From contig OZ024749.1 in NCBI GenBank assembly GCA_964016885.1, positions 1,984,001 through 2,048,000 of the forward strand: DNA of 64,000 bases. Direction: 5' to 3'. Both the position numbers and the translations under genes were made by a program. Shown here one piece after another: positions 54,150 through 64,000 of the stretch (the first letter of the stretch is position 1; every line of letters begins with the position of its first letter). The notes beneath the pieces are model-generated. The model was given only the letters and a program-made list of their open reading frames with translations. It did not search any database and was not told where the DNA came from. Origin of the DNA: Eledone cirrhosa (taxonomy: Eukaryota).

Positions 54150-54248
54150 TATAAATATATATATAAATATATAAATATATAAATATATATATATATATAA
54201 ATATATATAAATATATATAAATATATATAAATATATAAATATATATAA

Positions 54249-54279
<31 letters not shown>

Positions 54280-54318
54280 AATATATATATATATAAATAT
54301 ATAAATATAAATAAATAT

Positions 54319-54349
<31 letters not shown>

Positions 54350-54411
54350 CTAGAAAGTGAGGTTTTTTTTACAAATTGAAAAATAACCGAGGTGTCCTAC
54401 ACGAGTGAAAG

Positions 54412-54699
54412 TATAAAGAAAAAGAGATAAAATCGAAAATGCAACTGGAGTCTTATTTTTTTAAAAATATATATATTTATTTGGTTCCTTTACCGGTTTC
54501 GCAGTTCTGCTTTTCAAAAGGTGAGTTGATATGGAGGGTCTGTGGCGTTTCTCACAGATGTGAGAAAAACCACAGACCCTCCATATCAACTCACCTTTTG
54601 AAAAGCAGAAGAACTGCGAAACCGGTAAAGGAACCAAATAAATATATATATTTAAAAAAAAATAAGACTCCAGTTGCATTTTCGATTTCATCTCTTTTT

Positions 54700-54706
<7 letters not shown>
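54412..54706. repeat. ~135-bp-arm inverted repeat (Penelope-like terminal repeat)
   Basis: Arms 54412-54545 and 54570-54706; spacer is itself a hairpin; ends in (TA)n. Confidence 0.88.
54594..54631 (+). ncRNA. Hammerhead ribozyme motif, U3-A8 variant (mirror copy 54487-54521, minus)
   Basis: CCUU-UUGAAAA-GCAG(AAGAA)CUGC-GAA-ACCGGU-A-AAGG. Confidence 0.68.
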
Positions 54707-54760
<54 letters not shown>

Positions 54761-55174
54761 TATATAATAGTAATAATAATAAATTTGAAGACTAAAATCC
54801 AAAGAGGGCTCGATATGGTAAGGGAGATGCGCTGGAAGAGCCATTCCATCTCCTAAAGCTTACAGCTGCGGCTAGCCAGCTCAGCAGCTATGGTGGTGAG
54901 TAGGGAGGTAGTCCTAGGGCAAGGACACAAGACGTCTACACTGCTAGGGGCTCGACTGCAAACCTCTCGGAGAGCAACCGGTTGGGGTTGGACGAATTTC
55001 AACTCAGAATATAAAGCAACGAAACAAATACTGCGAGATATTGTGTCCGAAGCTCTTCCGATTTTGTGAAACCAACAATGATTTCCTAATTCAGACACAA
55101 ATCCCGTCATTTGTGGTAAATTTTTAAAGAGTAAAGGAAATTTTTTAAAAGTTCAAATAAAAAATTAAAAAATA

Positions 55175-55239
<65 letters not shown>

Positions 55240-55338
55240 TAAACGCTAAAAAAATAAACAGATCCAAATAAAACCGAACAAGAATATGGAATATAGTAAT
55301 AAGGGTAAGAAGAAAATAATAGAATTTCGGTTACTTAC

Positions 55339-55532
55339 ATTTCTAGACTTTGAGCTACTATCTTCACAGAACAAATGGAGAGTTATTTTGTTAGAATGTT
55401 TGTCTGCGTCTATCTTCTTTAAAAGGGTCACATTTTCTGTGCCGGGGTCATATTTCACATAGACACTCTTTTCACTGTGGACTTGTTTTATACGACTCCA
55501 GTCGATGAATTTAACTTGACCAATCACAGAAC
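55339..55532 (-). CDS. Exon of the cadherin-domain gene (body of an EC repeat)
   Basis: 194 nt, phase 1-0, TTTTTTCCACAG acceptor and GTAAGT donor; GSVIGQVKF..VKYDPGTENVTLLKKIDADK..ITLHLFCED..; frame-compatible with exon 11003-11092. Confidence 0.75.
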
Positions 55533-55722
55533 CTGTGGAAAAAAGATAGAAAGATGGTATGAGAGGAACAAATGATTCATTGTGTTTAATAATAATAGTT
55601 TCTACTTTAGGCACAAGGCCAGTAATTTTGGGGGAGGGGGGAATCGATTAAATCGACCCCACTTCATGACTGGTGCTTTATTTAATGGATGCCGTATATG
55701 ATCAACCAACTTTCATCAATTG

Positions 55723-55786
<64 letters not shown>

Positions 55787-56165
55787 CATTGATGAAAGTT
55801 GGTTGATCTGCCGACTTTTTCACAAACAGAGTAAAGCACTCCACGTTTGTATTCCTTAAGATTTTCTCCGGAAGGTATCGCCCGGAGTTTGAGTATAATG
55901 AATAAAAGACAGTTTTATTCGTACATAGATGTATGAATAAAACCGTCTCTCTATCATATGTCTGCTGGGTACACAAGCAATAGGACGTGTGATTTTTCCT
56001 GCTGGGGGCATATCAAACATATCAGCTATCATCTGAGGATAACGTTCTCATAACAACAACGAATGCATGAAGGACATCTCGATTGCATGGAGAACCGTGG
56101 AAATAATTATAATGGTTAAACGATATATGTAATCTCAGCATCTTATATTGTTATATATATATATA

Positions 56166-59052
56166 CTAGCAGAAGTACCCGGCGTTGTCCGGGTGTAAGT
56201 CGACCTTTGGTCTGTTAGAATGTGTGAAAGTTACTTCCCGCGCATCACAGGTTCAAAACTTCGAACTTCAATGAAAAAAAATAGGTTAGTAGATGCAGGT
56301 GTGTAATTTATTAATTGTAGTTACACAGTGTATCGTTGAAATTGTTCTCTGCACGACTGATGGAAGTCAAAATCGCTTGATATTGAATGTTCAGTTAATT
56401 TAAAGCAGGGTGAAAATGTCGATTTTTTTCAGGTTTTTTTTTACAATTTTTGCGCTCACATGTGCAGAAGAAGAATTAAAAGGGCCTTTATCTTAACCGC
56501 GGCACTATGGCGAGTCTTTTGTGACAGTTTTCAAGAATATCGGACGTTCCTGTAAAAAGTTCTCCCATGTGTAACTTTGCCTTGTTTTTTTGCGCAAAGT
56601 CGAACCCCGCTTCAGTTTTATTGATTTTTTACATCAATGCGTGATCTCTGAAGTAGATTTGAGTAGCTAAAAACCTGTCCCGGTAAATTTGCTATAGGTG
56701 AAAAAAAGTTGATCAACATTGTATCTAGGGTTATTTCCCTTTGCAACAGCCTCAACGTGTCTTCAAGTATGGTTTATTAATTTGCTGTGGAACTAAATCT
56801 ACTTTCGTCAAATCGGACCGAGGAATCAATGTTTCCATTTCTCTTTCTAGCTAGTGTACTCGGATACACACGGATTTATAAGGCGCTGGATTTAAATAAA
56901 TGAAGAAGAAACGTTTCCTTTTGTGCTCCAATCTGTGATATTGGTATTTTGAAAAAATAGTCCACAAACATCCATGGAGCATGTGTAACGCATGTATCAG
57001 GTCATGAGAAAAAGGGTTTTCGATTCTCCATACATAAGATACAAAAAAATTGCACGCAAATAAAACGGGATTTTAAGGCACTGCCCAACTCATAGCTGAA
57101 AGGTAAGAATCAAGCGGAATAATGTTTTGCGACATTGTCAAATGTACAACCGTACAAAAGCAAAGGATATAGCCATTGAAATCTAGGTAGACCAAAGAAT
57201 TTGGTGGTGTTGTATATCACAGGATTGTTTCCCAAAGTGAAGTTAGGTGATTGTAGTCGGTGTTGTATAAAAAAGTAAAAGCATACGGAAGATTGAACCC
57301 TTACGAATTAAGTGAAAATCACGTTGATATTCCTATCGGGGCAAAATGTGCCGAAAAACCTGACGGATTGTTGTGTCAATATTGAAATCGTAGAAATTGC
57401 GAATCCCGACCTATAAGATATAATGGCTAGGCCTTGGAGGTGAAGGGGAAGAATTGGTATAATTGTTTTGCTGAACATTTTGACCTTTAATTTAAATAGA
57501 CATGCGGTTTGGTTGTTTATGACCTAGAATGAGGGCCGGTTAAACGCGGCAGAAAATAAGCCATGCTGATGATATTTAGGGGCGTCGCAGGGAATAGATG
57601 AGGAGTTGTGAGTCAATTGTGAGGACAGTGGATGGCATGTTGATTGCTTTAGAAGACGCAATGCTACACAGGATGCTTCTCGGCCAAAATGTGTGCACGT
57701 GTGCGAAATTAATTGCAAATACGCTCATAACATTTAGTCGTAAGCAGAACAAAAAATGCCATTAGAGGTGGGCTAATAATGAAGACACAAACCCTGGTGA
57801 ACTTACGTTTAAACACCCGAAAAGTTACTCACTTCCTGTGCAAAAGACTGTAACAGTAGTATTATAAATTAAGTAATTGGCGATATCCAATTTTAGTGGA
57901 CTAAATGCTGCTTACGTGCTGTAGTTGCTGCTTACTTCAATGTATGAGGCTATTCTAACAAATTTACATTGCCTTTTTTTTAGCCGTTAAAAGAAATATA
58001 GATTTATTTATTGTTTTTTTTTTGCGATTTATTTGCCACTAGAGCATTAGGCGGGTAGCGAAAGTAGCAATAATGGCCCGTGTAAGTGGGCCATCTCTCT
58101 ATATCGGCTTGTACAGGTAATAGAAGAAGGGAGCACCCCCTCTCTCTGTGCTCCCTGGCAGAAAGGTCGCACACTTTCTACGGGGGTGTGTGTGACCCCA
58201 AAAGGCTGCCTCTCTATTGAGGACTTAATTTTTTATATAATAAATCGCAAAAAAACAAACAAACAAACAAACAAAAACGTGGCAAATAAAGAAATCTATG
58301 CCCCAGTGGCAAATAAATCGCAAAAAAAAACAATAAATAAATCTATATTTCTTTTAACGGCTAAAAAAAAGGGAATGTAAATTTGTTGGAATAGCCTCAT
58401 ACATTGAAGTAAGCAGCAACTACAGCACGTAAGCAGCATTTAGTCCACTAAAATTGGATATCGCCAAGTAATTTTTTAGAACCTTTTGTTTAAAAAAGGA
58501 AAACATTGGATACGGACGTAACATTTTTTACAACTTTGTATGTGTACAATACAACTTGGTCAACGTATTATTTAGTAATTTTTTTTTTCAAAAAGCATGA
58601 TTATTTAAGACTGTTTGAAAATTTACTCGCAGCTTTTAGCATCACAAAAGACACCATTAAATTTGGTTCCCTTTTCAGATAGGGATAATACTGTATTTCC
58701 ACTTGAATAAGGTGGAATATGAAAAGATAAACTCTTTAATGGTCGGTCGTTTACTGAGACAGCTGGCCGTCCAATCAATAACGCACGTCCTTATATGGGC
58801 ATATGAAATTTATTTTTATTGCGCCAGATGTAAACTAAGAGTTCTTGTGTTCGAATTCACATAACATTTCATTGGAATCGAAAAACATTGTCATAGGGCC
58901 CGATTATCGATTTTTCGAAAATTTCAAGTGGCCTATTCCACTCTACGCGTTGAGTTTTATATATGTGTGAGGTTTCATGAAAGTTGGATGAACGGTGTAG
59001 CATGCAAGTTCGGAACACCAAACAAATCCCATCTTCACTTTATATATATAGA
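56166..59052 (-). mobile_element. Non-autonomous Helitron (~2.9 kb)
   Basis: On the minus strand: 5' A|TCTATATATATAAAG at 59052, and 3' hairpin ACCCGG-ACAACG-CCGGGT followed by CTAG|T at 56166; no long ORF. Confidence 0.7.
57877..58467. mobile_element. MITE-like element with ~170-bp inverted arms nested in the Helitron
   Basis: TTGGCGATATCC...GGATATCGCCAA; GTAA directly on both sides. Confidence 0.7.
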
Positions 59053-59289
59053 TATGTATATATATATATATATAGCGAAGGAGGTGTGGTAAGAAACCCG
59101 ATGGACCATAACGCATCAGAGTACTCAATACATAGGATAGTAGAGTGGGAAATAGGAAAATGTTTAGAATAAGAGTCCAGAAATAGCCGTCGTACCGGCT
59201 TGAGCTCTGCCGTCGGGGTTAAAGATTTCTTTATATACATATATATATAACCTCACGATAACGATATATGTAACGATATGTGTATCTTC

Positions 59290-59402
59290 TGTGTTCAAAT
59301 CCCGTCGAGGTTAACTTTGCCTTTCATCGTTACGGGGTCGATAAAATAAAGTACCAGTAATGCACTGGGTAATTGCTGGCCTTGTGCCAAATGTACAAAC
59401 AG

Positions 59403-59403
<1 letters not shown>
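59290..59403 (+). mobile_element. 5'-truncated tRNA-derived SINE
   Basis: B-box, central domain and tail as in other copies. Confidence 0.8.
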
Positions 59404-59482
<79 letters not shown>

Positions 59483-59503
59483 TATATAATATATATATAT
59501 AAT

Positions 59504-59546
<43 letters not shown>

Positions 59547-59762
59547 TATATAATATATATATATAATATATATATATAATATATATATATATATTATATA
59601 TATATATAATATATATATATAATATATATATATATATTATATATATATATAATATATATATATAATATATATATATATATTATATATATATATAATATAT
59701 ATATAAATAATATATATATATATATAATATATATATATATATATAATATATATATAATATAT

Positions 59763-59795
<33 letters not shown>

Positions 59796-59921
59796 ATATA
59801 TATATAATATATATATATATAATATATATATATATATATAATATATATATATATATATAATATATATATAATATATATATATATATAATATATATATATA
59901 TAATATATATATATATAATAT

Positions 59922-59973
<52 letters not shown>

Positions 59974-59994
59974 ATATATATATAATATATATAT

Positions 59995-60064
<70 letters not shown>

Positions 60065-60188
60065 GGGTGTCCACACAAAATGTCTACAGATATGTATTGG
60101 CCCTGTGTATATATATATACATTATACAAATATAAATTCAGCGAGAATCGCATTTCGGCGGGTAGAAAAAGCGAAACGTAACGCAAAT

Positions 60189-60276
<88 letters not shown>

Positions 60277-60590
60277 TCTTGCTCACATCTCACAACAATT
60301 CAACACGGTCTGTACCTCTCTCGCTCATGAAATCCACCCAGCTTATGCTGACCGGACAACCATGTTGCTTGTTTATTTTCCTATCTTCGGTTTGCTTTTA
60401 TCCTTCTATGTTGTTTACTTGTCCCCCTCGCCTTACGCGAATTCTGGTCCCAATAACTTTTTTTAGTTATTGATCGCACCAACCTGAGGTATCTGATTTT
60501 TAATGCGATGAAATACCAATGATGGTTGGAAAATCTATTTTGATCATATGTAACCCATGTGAAAACCACGCAGTATTCTTCTTTCTTCTC

Positions 60591-60655
<65 letters not shown>

Positions 60656-60664
60656 TTTCTGAAT

Positions 60665-61025
60665 TTGTTTAGCAAGATCTTTTATCTGAAAATGTGTGTT
60701 GAAACCGATATTGTTATGCTTTGGGAGGGTCTTGTTGCCAATAAGAAACACTCGCACCAGTTACTTTCACTCCATCTTGTTTGGTGTAGGACAGAACAAA
60801 AGAGAGGCACAAAACAAAGAAAAGCAACCCCAGTCACTGAAAGGTCACAGAATGTGTGACGAAAGAACTTTGACAATATATGAACAACCGTCCGGTTATG
60901 GAACCAACCAACCAACCGGAAATTTATAAATTCTTAAATTTATAAATTTAATTTATAATAAATTGGAGTGAAAGCAGCTAGTGCGTGCGTTTCTTATTGG
61001 CAACATGACCTTCCCAAAGCCTAAT
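60665..61025. mobile_element. Inverted terminal-repeat remnant of the 51334-52250 Penelope-like family
   Basis: 60833-61020 matches 52044-52200; 60665-60775 is an inverted partial copy. Confidence 0.72.
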
Positions 61026-61262
61026 AATATATATATATACTGTATATATGTATGATAGTTTTATTATATATAGATGACGTCATATGAGAACTGTCTTCCC
61101 ATTTGGTGGCTGGTTAAGTCGATGGGGGGGGGGGGGGGGTATAAAATCGAGATTACAGGGTGGGGGCTGTTTTAGCGGGGTGGTGAGTGTGGATTGGACG
61201 TGTTTTCTTAGTGTTCTTTTTACGGGTTAAGGCAATCCGATAGTTTTGTTTACACACCCTCA

Positions 61263-61328
<66 letters not shown>

Positions 61329-62196
61329 TATATATATATCATATTTGTATATATTCAAAGGTATTTAACATTAATATACCGATGTATTGATGCAGTTTTA
61401 CGATTGTAATATATTCATTCCTAAATACTCCTTCCCACTTACATATACACACATTCACACACGCACATATTCACTCAAACACATACACGCATGCACTTAC
61501 ATAAACACATACACGCACACATTTGCACAAACACTTATGCACACACATTCACACAAACACACGCACATATTCGCACAAAAACTCACACACTCATGCATGC
61601 ATTCACACAAACACTTACACACACAATCAGCAACACACACACACATTCATATTTTCACACAATTTCTTACATATATACAAACCCACATGTGTGTGTTGGA
61701 CCTCCGACGGTTTCGAGGATGAGGGTTCAAGTTGTTTGAGCAATGGTTCAGCCTCTTCACGTGTCCGAGCATTCTATAGTCACGAGCTCCCTTAATGCAA
61801 TTCTCAGGAAGATTCAGCATGACACGATTTGAGACCTGGTTGGGTCTTTAAATAACCGGTATAATTCAGTTTTTCACCGAGTGAACTGAAGCAACGGGAA
61901 ATAAATTGTCTTGCTCAAGGTCACAATGTACAGCTGGGAATTGAACTGGTGACGTCAGCCGATGACCACAACTACAGTGCTATGTCACCCGTCTTCCCAC
62001 AGAGCTACATACAGACAGATACATACGGATTCTCATACATACACATACGTGTGCGTGTATACATATATAGATGTATATATTGTTATACTTTGGGAGGGTC
62101 ATGTTGCCACACGTAACTAAATAGCTCTGTAGCTTACATAGAACACTCTCCTTTCCTTTACCTTTCCTACGGAAATACTTAATATATATATATATA

Positions 62197-62768
62197 GTAC
62201 AACCTGTCGCATGGCCGGGTCGTCGGCGACCCCACCAAGTTAACTTGGTGAGGAGAGTGATTTTGGACAAAGTGCAGGACAAAAAACAAAACCTGACAAA
62301 GGGCGGAAGAACTCATAAGAGTCAACGGCCATACAAAAATGTGTAAATATGTATATACACATGATCATATGTATGTATATATCTATATGTGTATATACAT
62401 GGGTGCATGTCTATGTATCTGCGCGGGGACATAGCAATAGTCGGGCTGGACACCCGATCGCACGGTTAAACCACTGGGAGTGAAGGACCCCTAGCCTTTG
62501 TCAGGGCATTCTTCTAGGAGAAGGCAACTCAGGAAACTGGGATAACTCCGATATAAAACCTGCGGCTCAGTAGTTACCGATGATGTTGATCTTTCTTCTT
62601 TACGGGTTATAGCTACTGTCACTCAGAGAGTGGGATTGGCTCAGTGCACAGTCTTTCCTCACTTTAAAAAATATCTTCACGCACAGGCATTGCACGATAG
62701 AATTAATTAATTATTGATAATGGTATATCGTGCAATGGCCATACTTGATAACGAGGGGGCAGCCATCA
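62197..62768 (+). mobile_element. Family B RTE-derived element
   Basis: Matches 4413-4934 and 4983-5470. Confidence 0.8.
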
Positions 62769-63153
62769 CATATATATATATATATATATATATAATCGGT
62801 TGCGCTATTTATTAGGCGTCCTCCACGCTCTTCCCCCTTCATCGTTTCTGATTTATTTATGTGTCAGAATGTCATATTATAACTTAGCTCAACGTATCTA
62901 TTATGTAATAAAGGAACGAATATTTCTCTGGCTTGTCACTGGTGTTATATATGGAAGATTTAGCTGTTTTGATGTCAGAAGGACATATCCTTTTGTTAGG
63001 GATTACCAGATATGTGTCTATCCTGACGTTTTACGTGACTAATTTCCCCCACAATCATATTCATCTTAATACAGGATATACTATTTACGCAATATAGATG
63101 AATTCGGAACTTGACCACGCCGAGGAGAATTGTATTACCAAGAAATGTAGCGT

Positions 63154-63203
<50 letters not shown>

Positions 63204-63282
63204 ACACACAGACACCCACAAACACACCCACACACGCAGACGCACACCCACCCACCCATATATATATATATATATATATACA

Positions 63283-64000
63283 TGTGGTGTGTTGTAGTGT
63301 GTGTGTGGTGTGTTGTAGTGTGTGGTGTGTTGTAGTGTGTGTGTGGTGTGTTGTAGTGTGTGGTGTGTTGTAGTGTGTGGTGTGTTGTAGTGTGTGTGGT
63401 GTGTTGTAGTGTGTGGTGTGTTGTAGTGTGTGTGTGGTGTGTTGTAGTGTGTGGTGTGTTGTAGTGTGTTGTGGTGTGTGTGGTGTGTTGTAGTGTGTGT
63501 GGTGTGTTGTAGTGTGTGGTGTGTTGTAGTGTGTGGTGTGGTGTAGTGTGTGGTGTGGTGTAGTGTGTGGTGTGGTGTAGTGTGTGGTGTGTTGTAGTGT
63601 GTGGTGTGTTGTAGTGTGTGGTGTGTTGTAGTGTGTGGTGTGTTGTAGTGTGTGGTGTGGTGTAGTGTGTGGTGTGTTGTAGTGTGTGGTGTGTTGTAGT
63701 GTGTGGTGTGTTGTAGTGTGTGGTGTGTTGTAGTGTGTTGTGTGTTGTAGTGTGTGGTGTGTTGTAGTGTGTGTGGTGTGTTGTAGTGTGTGGTGTGGTG
63801 TAGTGTGTGATGTGTTGTAGTGTGTGGTGTGTTGTAGTGTGTGGTGTGTTGTAGTGTGTGGTGTGTTGTGGTGTGTGTGGTGTGTTGTAGTGTGTGTGGT
63901 GTGTGGTGTGGTGTAGTGTGTGATGTGTTGTAGTGTGTGGTGTGTTGTAGTGTGTGGTGTGTTGTAGTGTGTGGTGTGTTGTGGTGTGTGTGGTGTGTTG
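63283..64000. repeat. 17-19 bp GT-rich minisatellite, runs off window
   Basis: GTGTGGTGTGTTGTAGT repeated. Confidence 0.93.

Overview
Eukaryotic, AT-rich, microsatellite-saturated genomic DNA. The repeat content suggests a coleoid cephalopod, probably Octopus (inference). Most ORFs in the supplied track are translations of simple repeats. The only host gene I can support is a minus-strand cadherin-domain gene: exons at 55339-55532 and 11003-11092 splice in frame into one cadherin repeat across a ~44 kb intron. The rest is transposon-derived. (1) An R4/Dong-type RLE retrotransposon with an uninterrupted ~969-aa RT-CCHC-RLE frame, plus two 3' fragments, all sitting in (CATA)n tracts. (2) Three related bipartite non-autonomous RTE-derived families whose (ATGT)n tails supply those tracts. 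(3) Many Penelope-like remnants in (TA)n tracts, often as inverted repeats, carrying about a dozen minimal hammerhead ribozyme motifs, including a U3-A8 compensatory variant. (4) An internally deleted Tx1-like LINE, a Chapaev3-like transposase relic, a non-autonomous Helitron with a nested MITE, many tRNA-derived SINEs and several minisatellites, one built from the SINE head. All calls come from reading the sequence by eye; no searches were run, and element boundaries are approximate.
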